A DNA stretch of 61,538 nt, filler included, from Nemertoderma westbladi (lineage: Eukaryota; Animalia; Xenacoelomorpha), in NCBI GenBank assembly GCA_032718475.1. It is 4 parts of 4 records of this genome, joined end to end, with 100 filler letters (N's around TTAATTAATTAA, not from the genome) between each part and the next. Parts side by side here need not be neighbours in the genome. Positions count along the whole stretch, not along the records: positions 17,257 to 35,644 come from JAUCBJ010003408.1; positions 35,745 to 51,170 come from JAUCBJ010008328.1; 2 more parts are not named here. The stretch is one strand, 5' to 3'. Position numbers and translations under genes: made by a program. The notes below the pieces were generated by a model, which was not told the DNA's origin, searched no databases, and saw only the letters and a list, made by a program, of their open reading frames with translations. Below, piece after piece: positions 23,976 through 37,512 of this stretch (position 1 is the first letter of the stretch; each line of letters starts with the position of its first letter).

Positions 23976-24920
23976 ATTTTGTTTTATAATAATACAAAAA
24001 TTGAATGTAGGATAGTAGAAACTTCCCCTTGCTCATTCGACGAAAGACTGCAGTTAACCTGTGCTCAATTCAATAGCACAGGAAAGTGGGACAAATTAAC
24101 AGTCTATGCAAAAAAGTTCACTACTTTTTGTAGGAAGTGAAAGTGTTTAAGAACCTCATAATGAAAGAAAAGCTTCAGCAGCACACGCCAGACTTGACTT
24201 GGTAAAGGTCAAATGCGATCGGTACGCTCGGTAAATAAATAACAAGTATTAATTATCCTAAGTATGTAATAGATTAATTAATTACTTACAAAAACTAACT
24301 AACTAATTACGTATTGAAACAAACTACTGAGTGCGAGAGACAATTTGTTTAAGTTCTGTTTCTGAATTACACTTCTGATAATTAATTCATTTAAAAAATA
24401 AATTTAATTTCTTTAAATTTCAAGATATTGATAATAGACCAAATTATTAACTATTTATGGTGTAGTATGGAAAATGCAATGGACTGAATTTGTAATTTCT
24501 GATTTAATTTATTTACTAATATCATAAATTTACTAACAAAATTTCAATAATACAATACCGTGCTGCCATACAGTATTTAAAACAAATCATTGTCTACCAT
24601 TCTTTGTTTTACAGTAGGAAAAATCTTTATAGTGCGAATTTATTATTCTGTGTATTAATTATTCCCATGTTCTTTCTAGACTGGTACAATGATCCCGAAC
24701 ATCATAGGCGAGACGGATTCTGGTAAGTTCAGGTAAGATACAAATTTTTATGCAAAGCGCAAATCAACTCAACTCAAATTGACAACGTATAATTATTAAT
24801 TATCAAATTGATCCTCATTACATTTAATTCACATCTAATTAATTTTAAAACGAGTTGCGCCCCCATGCGGACCCATTTATTAATTAATCGAAACAAAGTA
24901 AAATAAATAAAGCACAAAAA

Positions 24921-25447
24921 TAAAAACTGTATATGTAAAACTGTATATGTAAAACTGTATATGTAAAACTGTATATGTAAAACTGTATATGTAAAACTGT
25001 ATATGTAAAACTGTATATGTAAAACTGTATATGTAAAACTGTATATGTAAAACTGTATATGTAAAACTGTATATGTAAAACTGTATATGTAAAACTGTAT
25101 ATGTAAAACTGTATATGTAAAACTGTATATGTAAAACTGTATATGTAAAACTGTATAACTGTATATGTAAAACTGTATATGTAAAACTGTATATGTAAAA
25201 CTGTATATGTAAAACTGTATATGTAAAACTGTATATGTAAAACTGTATATGTAAAACTGTATATGTAAAACTGTATATGTAAAACTGTATATGTAAAACT
25301 GTATATGTAAAACTGTATATGTAAAACTGTATATGTAAAACTGTATATGTAAAACTGTATATGTAAAACTGTATATGTAAAACTGTATATGTAAAACTGT
25401 ATATGTAAAACTGTATATGTAAAACTGTATATGTAAAACTGTATATG
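24921..25447. repeat. 14-bp minisatellite (TAAAACTGTATATG)n, about 37 copies
   Basis: Near-perfect tandem repeat. Confidence 0.97.
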
Positions 25448-26892
25448 TTGCACAGGTTAATATGAATTAAGTATAAATTTGTATAATTTAAATCTAATCT
25501 ATTTTCGTAGAGGCGACTGTTGAGAGGTCTGGCGAATCGGGGCAGTTTAGAATTGGTTGCAAAAGAAAAAAAAATACAAATCAACCAAACGACGGCTCAT
25601 GAAAGTTTTTGGTTGAGCGAAGGATTGCGTGAAAATCGTGTACCGTAAGTAGCTCTTGTTAGAACGTGTTTGTGCCTTCATTTGCGATTCATTTACGATC
25701 AATTAAACCCACTTCGTTATGTGAGATAGCGTTTCCTTTCCCAGAAGATATATAAGAAAGTATAATATAGTCGATTTCTTCCCCAACCAGTAGTAGTAGT
25801 ACTTACCCCATACACTAGTAGCTTTTGGTGTGGCCTGACAGGAAGTGGTATAGTGTAGCAAACATGGAACATGAATGATGCGTTGTCCTTTCTCAATAGG
25901 ATGCGTTGCATTGCAATATGTCGACTCAAAAGCAATTATTCTTCTAACCCATACCCTGTGATTTATATTTTAACTTTCATAGGCAATGACATTTTCCGCT
26001 ATTGGCTGATCCCAATCACATTGCCTTCCATGTCAAAGGAGGACTATCTGTATTCTGAATATCCATTCGTTCGTTTTCGAGGGAAGAGTTGAGGCATTTG
26101 AGTACAAATAATAACTGTCCGCAAACTTTAACTCACATTTCGAACTCATTTTTCACTAATTTCACCACTTCAAATGTTTGATGTTGGGCAATCTAGTACT
26201 AGAATCTAGTATTGTTTCAAATTAAATTTATTAATTGTTATGTTAGTCACATACACAACAGCAACGTTTCTTTATTTAAACAATTAATCATTATTCAGAT
26301 AACTCTGTGTTGTGGTTGGTGTGGCTGGTATGCTTCTATGGTCTAACAGGAAATGGTAAGCTTCTTCATGGTCACAGTATTAGTGGGACTATGTCTTATT
26401 ATTAACATAATTAATAAAATATATAATATATTAAGTAAGAAAATAATGACAGTTTACAAATTAATCTCACTGGTTGCTCTGTATTTTGGTATCTTTTTGT
26501 GGAAATACTTACACAATTCAAACAAGATACAAAATTCTGGGTATTTTCACTCCTGAAATTTTTTGTTCGATATTTTATGCCTTTAACTTTAAAATCGGTA
26601 ACTATAAAAATGTTAACTTGCAAGGGAAAAGTTATTTTAAAAAAAAACAGTACAAGTAAAGCTTTACCTCGCCATTTGGCCTGGGATTACCCACACCAGC
26701 ACAGATGAAACTGCTACTCACTATTCACTCATTTAACAAATGGATGCAAAGCAGATTTCCATGGGGTCGATTTCATATTTTTTGGTGGGTATTACCATGT
26801 AGCCTGTGGCTAGTGAAACCTTATTATATTAATTTAAATATAAAATGTAGATAGGACAATATGATAATGCTCTCCATAGCGAAAAATATCAA

Positions 26893-26980
26893 CCGGCCCT
26901 ATTGGGGCTCGAACCCGGTACCTAGGTTTCAAACTTCTGGTTATCATCAGCCGGGTGACTGTACTGAGCTACCAGACCGG
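26893..26980 (-). pseudogene. tRNA-derived sequence (tRNA pseudogene or SINE head)
   Basis: Reverse strand CCGGTCTGGTAGCTCAGT...GGGTTCGAGCCCC..GGGCCGG followed by a T-run; A and B boxes present but no clean cloverleaf. Confidence 0.45.
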
Positions 26981-27204
26981 ATGAATATTTCGCTGTGGAG
27001 TGGGAGATCATATTTAGGCCAACTAATCACTCAAAGGAAAGTACAAGTTCGTTATTCCCGTGCTCTGCCAGAAATGGCAACCATGCCTCAAAGAATAACT
27101 ATTATACAGTGTTGTAGAAACCACTGTAACCCCGTAATGCCTGGCCCAGGCTGTTAATTAATAATAATAAATGAATTGTTGTGGGGTGAGTGACGGTGAA
27201 TTAA

Positions 27205-27914
27205 GGGGGGGGTACACCATTTTCGGACAACTCTTCGATTTATCACTCTCAGCGTTTCAAAATTGTTTGATTTTGGCTAAAATTTGGCATATAGGTGCCT
27301 AAGATGCTATTCTACATGACAGGTCAGAAATTTATTTTTTTCGCTATTTAATATTAGTTAATACTAGTTAACAACAAAAAAAACTTGGTTGCGCTTAAAA
27401 CCCTAAGGCTTTTACAGTTTTGAACGTAATCACATGAAAGTTTTTTTATATGATAGATCAAAGATGGGGCAACATAACTATCAGGCGAAATTTTGTTAAA
27501 ATAATTCTGCACCGCTAGGTGGCGCTGCAAATTTATGCAAATTTTTAGGTTTTTTATAAATAGTATTAAATTTTATTAACAAAAAATTTCGAAAAGTTGC
27601 CTGATACTTTTATGCAGGGTGGCTATCTAGACACCCACAGGAAGTTTCAGACTAATTACTCAAAAATTGTAGAAGTAGTAGGGTTTTGAAGTTGACAATT
27701 TCATGGAAAAAATATTTGGAGATAATCGACCTTTCATTATACATAGTAATAGTAATTTCAATAGGATTCCGTAAATGGAAATTTACATAACTTGAAAACT
27801 AAAAGAGCTATTAAATAGCGGTTTTCAGATTTGGAAACACCATTCAATGGTGCATTATAATAGACCCTAAAAAAAATTTCGACATATTTTGGACCAAAAT
27901 GGTGTACCCCCCCC
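27205..27914. mobile_element. Non-autonomous Kolobok-type DNA transposon
   Basis: TTAA|GGGGGGGGTACACCATTTT ... AAAATGGTGTACCCCCCCC|TTAA: perfect 19-bp TIRs with GG..CC termini and a TTAA target site. Confidence 0.8.
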
Positions 27915-28609
27915 TTAAATATAAAATGTAGAACAATTCATTTATTATATTAATTTACGCCATGCCCCGGAATATGGAGTAGTAATTCCATGACACAACC
28001 TACCTCCACTCACACCAAAAATTGTACCACTAATCGTTAAGAGATCGGCATGAAATTTGAAACAGAGATTTCGCCCTCCAGGCACCTAATGTGTGAATCA
28101 GAATTTCCATTTAGCTTAACAACCTATGTATTTGAATGGCAAATAGCTGAGATATAAGCCTTTTAGTATTTAATTTTTTGCATCCGCTAGATACAAGTTT
28201 TGATTAAATAAATACCCAAGATTGTGGAACTTGTTATTTATCATTAAGGCACATAAAGAAAATGTTCTAGAATATGGTGTATTTATTAAATCAAATAAGT
28301 GGCCTCCAGCGAATGCCCAGACATTAGAAATCCAAATTCATAATTATTTTTATATATTTAATTTTTGAATGACCAGCTTTACATCAGTACAAATAAACAA
28401 ACAACTATAAGATTGAAGAATAACTGCGCTATAACTGTCTTAATATCGACCTTACTGATGAGGTCCAAAAATTCCTGGATGCTACATATACCGAAATATG
28501 TTTAATGTTTTGGTTAGAAAACACTGACACTAATCTGTTTTTTTTTGTTATATCTCCAAAACAAACGCAGTTGGGAATCAGAAATTTTTAACAATTTTTA
28601 AAAATATTT

Positions 28610-29301
28610 AACATTGAAACTCCGGTCAATAACCAAAATAATCGTGTGTACTCTCAGGCAAATAAGACACAAATCAATCCAAAACAGCTTTTATTAGTTA
28701 AATGGTCCAATTTTTCATGCAAAATGTTGGTATCATGTTTTGTTTCAAAACTGGGCAAAATGTCGTGTTGCATTCCATGAACCAAGAGCACAAAATGAAT
28801 AAAGTATTACATTGACAATGATATCAAAGAACACTTACCACAAATTCGAGAAATTTCTGCTGATCACTTTACAATACAACAGGACGGTGCTACAAGTGAC
28901 ACTACTGGGATAACAGTGGAGTTTTAGAAAATACATACATACATAATATATATTTTTTAGAAAAAAAAACAACTTTGCATTGAGAATGATGGAGGACACT
29001 TCGAACATTTAATCTCTTCAACATTGTACACTAGGGTAATTTACGTTGTCAGTAAGGTACGAGCAAGAAGGTACGAACAGATGTTATTAGCTCATAATAA
29101 TACAATCCCTATAGGAATTTGTATAAAAAAATAAATAAATAAATATATAATGAATGTTTGAAACTTTACAAGTCAAAGTAGAATTAATTTCTCGAATTCT
29201 TCGAATGGTATATTAAACTTTAGCAGTATTTGTTATAGTTGTTGATGGCCAGACAAGTAAATATAGGGGTGCAGTTTTAGGTGCATAGGGGTACAACCCT
29301 G
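28610..29301 (+). mobile_element. Degraded Tc1/mariner-superfamily transposase remnant
   Basis: PVNNQNNRVY, FTIQQDGATSDT and CIENDGGHFEHL motifs; ends in ACCCTG|TA. Confidence 0.65.
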
Positions 29302-29669
29302 TATATACTCAAAGCATCACAGACAAGGCAAGGTCGAGGAATCAAAAGCCGGTTCCGGTTGTTATATTAAATCTGTCTGGGCCATATCATACTCTGACAA
29401 CTTTCAGTTGATGACTGAAAACTCCAAAGACATGGAAACATTATTCAAAGTCGATTGTGGGCCCTGGCACAAATGTTCCAGGCCAATAATGGCTGGTTTG
29501 CGAGTTGACTTCCAGTAATGACCGTATTCAAGTTGTGGTACTACTGTCAGTACATTACTAACTGAAACCCAACATCGCAACATCAGTTTCCTCAACCAAT
29601 GCGATCTTGACAAACTGGATATAGAGTATTGAAACGCCATCCGACGTCTACTAAATGTCTGATGTTACA

Positions 29670-29768
29670 TCAGGAATGGCTGGCCAAGCCATTCCTGATT
29701 CCTGACTGGCCAGGCCATTCCTGATTCCTGACTGGCCAAGCCATTCCTGATTCCTGACTGGCCAAGCC
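29670..29768. repeat. 26-bp tandem repeat x3 with an inverted leading copy
   Basis: TCAGGAATGGCTGGCCAAGCCATTCCTGA hairpin, then (GGCCARGCCATTCCTGATTCCTGACT)3. Confidence 0.8.
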
Positions 29769-30979
29769 TAGACCAATTTCCCTGGGTTGCGAATGCACTA
29801 GCTCACAATAATGAGTGCCCAATAAAGAGTGCTCTCAATTCACCTGTCTAGCAACAGCCAGTCCGGAAGGAAGCTGAGCTAAGGGTTGCTATAAAGTCAC
29901 ACCACACATCTTATATTCTATACAATCTGATAACGTCATATTATATTTCAGTTACGAGACATTCTCAATCAGACTTTTATGGATTTTATTAACTTTATGC
30001 CTTTTAACGATTTTAGATGGCCACATATTGGCAGTCCTTTTATTTCAAACTTATTTTATATTTATTGTAGAAGTGATCATTCCTAGTAATCTGTGCAAAT
30101 ATGTATATTGTATATGTGTCAATAATGTATGTTTTTATAATCGTTTTTATTGTTAGTTTATATGAATTTAATAAAAGCAAAGTAAAGTATACATTATAAA
30201 CGAGACCAATCAGTGGGCAACAACCATCTAACACAAACCCACAAGTCCTTCACTTCACTATGAAATAGTGAAAAGTTCTCATTTCCAACTTCCGAGATCG
30301 CACGAACTAGTAGTAGTAGTAGTTGTGCCTACTTTTCGCAGTGTGTTGGATTGCATGTTGGTGACAAAATGTTTTTGTTAAGCCGGCATAGCATCTCAAG
30401 CATCTCAATGTGCAGTTTCAATGCAGCTGGCCGATTATAGTAGTAGTAATAGTATAGTATTGCATCATTCATACATCCTAAACTTTTGTAATCGGCTTTG
30501 TTGAATAAAACCAAATATATATCTATGTATAATAGATAAAATTAATACCACCAGCAGGAAATTAAATAGATTAAATAAAAGCAGGAAATCTCTTTCCTAC
30601 TATACCGCGCATTAACAATGTAGATTATTTGAAAAATTCTAATATTTTCCATTTCTGATTTCAATCCCAAAATGATTATGAACTATCTAATAATGCACAT
30701 TGAGAACAGAAGACTTTAATATTACCTAACGGGTATAAAATGGTAGGACAAGAAATAAAATACATAGTACAACATGTATGGTATACTAATTAAGCGCCGA
30801 TATGTATGAAAATCTTAAGTAAAATTGAAGTGAATTAAATTAAAATTGAGTTACTGTTCCATGGATTGCAAATGGAAGGCAAAGGACATTATTGACGGAG
30901 AGGAGGCTAGTGGGGTAGGTAACCGTGTACAGGCCATGGCGTGGGCCGGATCGGCGGCAGGCTCGCCGCACAGACGGCA

Positions 30980-32600
30980 CTTGCAATATAACTAGTGCCT
31001 GTTGGACCGACTCGATTGAGTTCCCGTATATGGCCAGATCGTCGGCGTATAGCAGGACAAAGACGCCGAACGTGGAAAGGGCTGCTGGGAGGTCGGCTAG
31101 AAAGAGACTAAATGGGAGAGGTGATAGCCTGGACAACGCCGATCATTTGTGAGATGGGATCGGCTATGTAGAGACCGATGCAGATTCGTATGTAATTTAT
31201 AGCAATGAGAGCCCATAAGGCCTGTATGAACTTACGACTGACTCCAAGGTTTGAGAGCTTTGTGCATAATTTTATTCTGTTGATGGTATCGAACGCCTTG
31301 GAGTAGTCTATGAATACACAGTAGACATGACCTCCCGGTTTTGATAACACCGAAGCTATGTAGTTATAGAGTCGCCCAACGGCCATCAGAGTTGATCTCC
31401 CCTTCCAGAAGCCAAACTGTGAGTCTGGGAGTTTGTCATTTAGCTCTGCCCAGGGGTAGAGGCGATTGAATATAATTGTGGTGTATACTTTAAGCATGGA
31501 CGAAAGAATAAGAGCTATCCCCCGGTATGAGTCTGGAGATGTTTTCCCTCCCTTTCCTTTATACAGCGGGATCAACAGTGAGGTCAACCACACAGCTGGG
31601 CACGTCGCAGTGTTGAAGCAGACCATGAAGAGGTGGAGAAGGAATGGCAGAAGCCACCCAAAACCCGCCTTTAGAGATTCACTAGACACCCGGTCGAACC
31701 CCGCTGTCTTCCCTGCCTTCAGATTAGCCACAGCCTCCATTACTTCCGGCCCTGTGATTGGCTGGTCTAAGGTGGGACAGATGTTATCCTTCAGTTCGGG
31801 CAATTGGTTAGACACATCATGTGTATAAAGATTAGATAAGTGTGAGGCCCAACATTCCTCAGTGACTCGAGATGTAAGCGGTGTACCTCCTTTGACCTTA
31901 AGAATATTCCAGAATTCCTTCTGGTCGTTTTCGCATTTATCGATAAGTTTAAGTTCTCTTTGTGCGGTATAGTATCTCTTCTTGGATTTGATTGTACATT
32001 TGTATTCGCGTTGTAGATGTGCGTAACATTCATAGTCAGCTGCTGTCGGTGCAACTTGTTTCAGCCGCAGCCGTGCAATAGTCAGTTGCTTGTATATGTT
32101 GTAGCACTTCTTATCAAACCAGGGCTTGGAGGCCCGCTGTGGTCGTTTTGTTGCGGATTTCAGGATCACGTCCGTAATATGATTGCATATGTCGTCGACA
32201 CCGCACTGCGAGAAAGTATCAATAGATTTCCCTGATAGTATTTTGCCAAGTTTATCCGTATCGATCTCGCGTACAGCACATAACTTTTGGCTTCGGGTGT
32301 TAATTGAGACACAGTCTAGTAGAATATGTGTGCGTTGATGTTTCGTGTTGGGGGTGGGCAAGACACTGAGTTGTGTGGATTGATTTATGTCTATGCTGAT
32401 AAACGCCAGATCTATCATGTTCTTTCCGTTCCATGAAATATATGTCGGTATTTCTAGGTTTGATAGGCAGAAAAGGTCTGATCCTAGTAAGCTTTCGCAT
32501 AGAAGGTCGCCACGGCTACTGTTTCCATCAATCCTGCAATTGAAATCACCAACTAATAGTGTGTGTTTATTTTGTTTCTGGTGAAGAAGGTGCTTCTGGT
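30980..32600 (-). mobile_element. Internal fragment of an APE-RT LINE (CR1 group or RTEX-like), frameshifted
   Basis: APE end TLLVGDFNCRI...PTY...IDL; PWFDKKC; YRGIAL; QFGF; FIDYSKAFD; frameshift in GVxQG..LSP; LLYADDL; truncated after that. Confidence 0.88.
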
Positions 32601-32709
32601 TCTAGTGCATCTTTAGCGTGGAGGCGATGGCAGTGATCTTTGTGCTTTGAGAAGCATGCCTTGTATGCATACGATTTGTCGCATCCACCACACTTTAGCA
32701 AGTACACGT

Positions 32710-33240
32710 GCCCGGCGAGGGCGACGGACCCGGGGCGGTCCGTGGCCCGGCGAGGGCGACGGACCCAGGGCGGTCCGCGGGCCCGGAGAGGGCGACGGAC
32801 CCAGGGCAGTCCGCAGGCCCGGCAAGGGCGACGGACCCAGGGGCGGTCCATGGGCCCGGCGAGGGCGACAGACCCTGGGCGGTCCGTGGGCCCGGCGAGG
32901 GTGACGGACCCGGGGCAGTCCGTGGGCCCAGTGAGGGTGACGGACCCGGGGCGGTCCGTGGGCCCGGCGAGGGCGACGGACCCGGGTGGTCCGCGGGCCC
33001 GGCGAGGGCGACGACCTGGGGCGGTCCGCGGGGGGAAGGACCCGGGCGGTCCGCGGGCCCGGCGAGGGCGACGGACCCTGGGCGGTCCGCGGGGCCGGTG
33101 AGGGAGACGGACCCGGGACGGTCCGCGGGCCCGGCGAGGGCGACGACCCGGGGCGGTCTGCGGGCCCGGCGAGGGCGACGGACCCGGGGCGGTCCGCGGG
33201 CCCGGCGAGGTCGATCGGACCGGGGCGGTCCGCGGACGGG
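32710..33240. repeat. GC-rich 36-37-bp minisatellite, about 14 copies
   Basis: Unit GGCCCGGCGAGGGCGACGGACCCGGGGCGGTCCGCG containing a CGGACC/GGTCCG hairpin. Confidence 0.93.
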
Positions 33241-33261
33241 AAATTTATTAATTAATTAAAA

Positions 33262-33384
33262 TGGAATTTAGTTCCAATACATGCGAATTTAGTTCCAATG
33301 GAAGCGAATTTAGTTCCAATGCATGCGAATTTAGTTCCAATGGAAGCGAATTTAGTTCCAATGGGTATGAACTTAGTTCCAATG
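33262..33384. repeat. 21-bp tandem repeat, about 6 copies
   Basis: GCGAATTTAGTTCCAATG(CAT/GAA) units. Confidence 0.9.
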
Positions 33385-34570
33385 TTTCAATCGTGGGGAT
33401 AGCCACGTAGTAGGCGTAGCCTATTGCGTATTGCCACTATTTGGGGTGGGTCAGGGTCAACAATAATTGTAAATATATATTTATCACGAGTATACAGATA
33501 CTGACTGTCTGAGTCTGTAGTATTATATACTCATACACAGTCATACACATTGTTGCCATTTATTTTGCCAAAAATGCAACTTTGAAAGTTCTTATGCAAT
33601 TTTTACTTATTCCATTTAATTCAGAACCCTTACAAACCCGTATAATGCATATAATGCAAGAAACAAGGGGACACAGTCAAATGATATATTTGTTGGTTTT
33701 CAAAATTAGGTGCTAGCACCAAATTTTGCACCCACTTCCGAAAAATACAAGTTTGAGATGTCTAGTTAGATAATAATTTATTCCATTGCATTCGGAACCG
33801 CCATAAACATCTAAAACGCGAGAAATAAGTTGTCACAGGCAATTGAACTATTGAATGGATTGTACTAGATTGTGACAACAGTCAAAAACAGGCGAAAACA
33901 AGCGAAAACAGTTGGAATGCAGGGAAACAGACGAAAACAGTTAGATCTTTTAAAAATAATCATCCATGCATCCAGGTGAAAATAGATATTGAAGTTAACT
34001 TAGTGTAATAATCGATTTAAATTTTAGTGGCATTTATAATGTCGCTAACTTAAGATGACGTTCCACCCATAACCCATGTACAGGTACGCCTACAATAACA
34101 CTGAATTGCCCGTTGCATGATTATGGATTACTCCAGTACGGCAGTAAGCCTACAGAGTAGAGTATTCAGTGAGTCTATTGTACGGTCAGTTGTACAGTCA
34201 GTCTATTGTATCCCGTACCGGCACCGATAGAAGAAGATGTTGAAGTACGAAGTTCCGGTATCTTCGCTTCCAGCGGTTTCGCCATTATCAGAACAAACAA
34301 AATTATTTAATGCTGAAAATGAAATATGCCTATGTGCTATGTATTTTACGTACCTGGTATCGTTATTACAGACATGGAGTACTGACTTAGGCCTACAGTA
34401 CTAGCTAACTACTACTGTATAATAATCAATAAAGTGCATCTCTGCAATAATAATAAATTCAATACGGCACTTCCCAACCGGTGCGGGCACAGTAACTACA
34501 ACAGGTACCGGTACGGCAGTACGGGCACTGATATGAGCAGTGTTTATTGTACATGGGTACGTCATCTTAA

Positions 34571-35644
34571 CCCTATTAAACCCGGGGGGGGTCAATATGA
34601 CCCCCCCCCCCCCCCCCGAGGTTTTTTTATTATAATTCTGAAACAAACGCAGTTGGGAATCTGAAATTTTATGACTTTTCCTAAAAATCTATTGTCTTCC
34701 TAGTAGTGAAAACCGTTTTCAAAAATATTGGGTACTTTTCGAGTTATAGCACCATTTTTTAACCCTACTTTTGGCACTTTTTTTGAGACGTTTTTTGAAA
34801 ATTACATTTCATTAAATATGAATTGTAACATCGCTATTTTTGATTTACACCGGTTTTTTGGTGTTAGAAATTTGATGGAATTCATATAAATTGATTTAGA
34901 AATTTCAAACTTGTTTTTTTCGGTGGGTGCCAATTTTGGTGCCAGCACCAAATTTTGAAATAAGTCAATTTTGTAAATTGATCGTTTGAAACTTGTTTTT
35001 TACGCAATTGGGTTTTTTTGTGTTTCTGGATTCGATGGAATATATACGAGTTGCACCAAGCGTATCAAACTTGTATTTTTCGGTGCTGTGTGCAAATTTT
35101 GGTGCTAGCACGAAATTTTGAAAATCCATTCAATAGATACAATTGCTTGTGACAATTTATTTCTTGCGTTTTAGAGGTTTATAGCTGTTCTGAATTCAAT
35201 GGAAAATATAATTATCGAACTAGACATCTCAAACTGGTATTTTTCGGAAGTGGGTGCAAAATGTGGTGCTAGCACCAAATTTTGAAAACCATCAAATATA
35301 TCAATTGATTGTGGTGTCACCTTGTTTCTTGCGTTATACGGGTTTGTGAGGGTTCTGAATTCAATAAAATCAGTAAAAATTTCATAAGAGTTTTCAAACT
35401 TGTATTTTTCGCCGGTGGGTGAAAATTGTTGTGCCAGCACGAAATTTTTGAAAATAAGCAAATTGATCATTAGATAGTATGATCTTGTTTCTTGCGTTAT
35501 ACGGGTTTATGAGGGTCCTGAATCCGATGGAATCAATAAAAACAGTACTGGACATCGCAAACTTGTACTTTTTGGTGATGGGTACGAAATTTAGTGCTAG
35601 CACAAAATTTGCCAAATTACGCCGAAAAATACAAGTAGCAATGA
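34571..35644 (+). mobile_element. piggyBac-like non-autonomous element, left part (cut by the gap)
   Basis: TTAA|CCCTATT...GGGGGGGTCAATATGACCCCCCC; internal repeats ACTTGTATTTTTCGG and GGTGCTAGCAC; inverted homolog at ~33590-33865. Confidence 0.6.
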
Positions 35645-35853
35645 NNNNNNNNNNNNNNNNNNNNNNNNNNNNNNNNNNNNNNNNNNNNTTAATTAATTAA
35701 NNNNNNNNNNNNNNNNNNNNNNNNNNNNNNNNNNNNNNNNNNNNTTTTGGTTTGTTTTTGTATTAAATCTTATCATCTTACAAAAGGCAGATTATCAATA
35801 AAGACATATAAATTTCGGCAGGTTAAACTGCTGAAGGTCTATAAAAGCGCGTA

Positions 35854-36176
35854 CATGGCCGGCCTGCTGAAATTTATATTTACGCGTCAGCATGGTACTG
35901 CTACTGTATACTTATTATGTAAATTAGTTATGTAATTAGTGCTAAAAGTGCTTTCATTTTTTCAGATAAAATCAGATAGAGGGAATATCGACACAAAAAA
36001 ATTCGTCCCTCTTCGTGAGAAAATCGACGCAAATAACAGCTGATTAATAAATAATAAATAATAAATAATAAAACTGTAACCTGTTGTTCTAAAGACTTTA
36101 GTTTATTGTTTGGTTAGAATAACGTGCCACTGTGACCTGCTTGCTGCTTTCCCTAAATTAATAATTGAACAATGAG
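35854..36176. repeat. Dispersed ~300-bp repeat (second copy at 44803-45105)
   Basis: CATGGCCGGCCTGCTGAAATTTATATTTACGCGTCAGC...GGTTAGAATAACGTGCCACTGTGACCTGC is near identical in both copies. Confidence 0.9.
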
Positions 36177-36544
36177 GCAAAAATATTAATTCGGCGAGAT
36201 GGGATTTGTGTCAATTTTCCCCCCTGTCTCGATAAATTATTGTATTCGATAACTCGTAGGAAAGAAGGTGTCAGGTAGTCGTAGGTGTCAATAAATTTAG
36301 ATATTCTGCCCCCGTGCATTGAATTTTATGGTTTTGCACATTTTGAAATTTTAATTTAAAGATATTTTAATAATTTTTCTGATTGAAGAATTTGATAACT
36401 TAAAAATATAAAAAAATAACTATTGCATAAGTCAATACAATTCGTACATAATAAATGAATTTCAGTCAAGTAAAATTTACTAAAGGGACATGTGAAAAAA
36501 AATATTATTTCTGATCTTCTTTCTTATCAAAGAACAGATAATTA

Positions 36545-37027
36545 ATTGTTATTATCAATATACAGCAGTTTGCTTACAAATGAATGAATGAATATTTCAA
36601 AATCGGCCCGGGATAAATAGCGTTTTAATTTCGAAAAAATTTCGGTGGGGAGAATGCATCTCGGACTGTGGCGGATATTTGTTTTGAAAACATAAAAGTT
36701 GAATCCAATATTACGCGCTGTATTACTGCAGCTAATTACGTCATTTCCAATGTGTACGCTAGGGGGCGCAAGCTGATAACTAAATCGCAATATCGGCATT
36801 AATTTTTAGTAGATGGATTTTCTTCCAATCCCGTACGTCGACGCACATCGTTCAGTCATCTCAACAGCTGCGGATGAACTCATGGGTTTAAATGCTATTA
36901 TAAAGCTGTTCGAGTACAAATAATGGTAAGAAAGACGAAAGACCGCGTTTACATACGTTGGAAAGGGAACGGGCGGCGTAGCACACACAACAGCGGACCA
37001 AGTTCCGAACCCTGTAGAGGACCATAA
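36545..37027 (-). mobile_element. Degraded L2/CR1-type LINE RT fragment
   Basis: YGPLQGSELGPLL...SYHYLYS..., then IGNDVISCSNTARNIG and KRYLSRADFEIFIHSFVSKL, similar to L2 RT/thumb motifs; many disruptions. Confidence 0.6.
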
Positions 37028-37512
37028 TACATATCCATTGGTTTATAATAGGTTGTAAGGATGCAAACCTGTTGTATAAATATTGGATAAATATGATTTA
37101 AACCAACCCAAGGCTGATATCGACCCTCATATCATATTCTAGAATAGATTATTACAATGATCAAAGGCTGCACTTAGATCTAATAAAGCGAAAATGACAG
37201 CCGATCCAGAATCAATGTCACGGAGTATGTCAACGTTGACATTGAGTAATGCCGTTTAAGTACCGGTACCGTGTGAAGGGGTTTGTCTATAAGCACTCTG
37301 TAGCGGTTAAAATAAGGCAGTGATTTTTTATGTCAATTTATTAGACTTTTTTTGTCACTTTTTTTTTACGAATTATGCATAATGACTTTTGTTGTCCATT
37401 TAATGACTTTTATTGTCAATTTTTATGTATGTATTTCTTCAAACTGTCAGACTGCTGATTTCTGGACTGTCAGACAGTTGATTTCACTATGCCTGTGCCA
37501 AAACATTCCATG

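Noticed and set aside
24681-24722. Small exon-like segment (TTTCTAG ... GTAAGT)
   Set aside because: No recognisable protein similarity, and it does not match the missing DNAJB11 exon.
24880-25584. YSFTYTVLHIQFYI repeat ORFs
   Set aside because: Translation of a 14-bp minisatellite.
28445-28505. CTGATGAG...GAAA possible hammerhead
   Set aside because: No convincing stems I and III; CTGATGAG sits inside a GACCT/AGGTC hairpin.
29380-29660. Possible LINE RT remnant (YSDNFQL..., LDKLDIEY.NAIRRLL)
   Set aside because: Too degraded to support a call without a search.
33248-33259. TTAATTAATTAA identical to the gap linker
   Set aside because: No flanking Ns and in AT-rich context, so probably natural.
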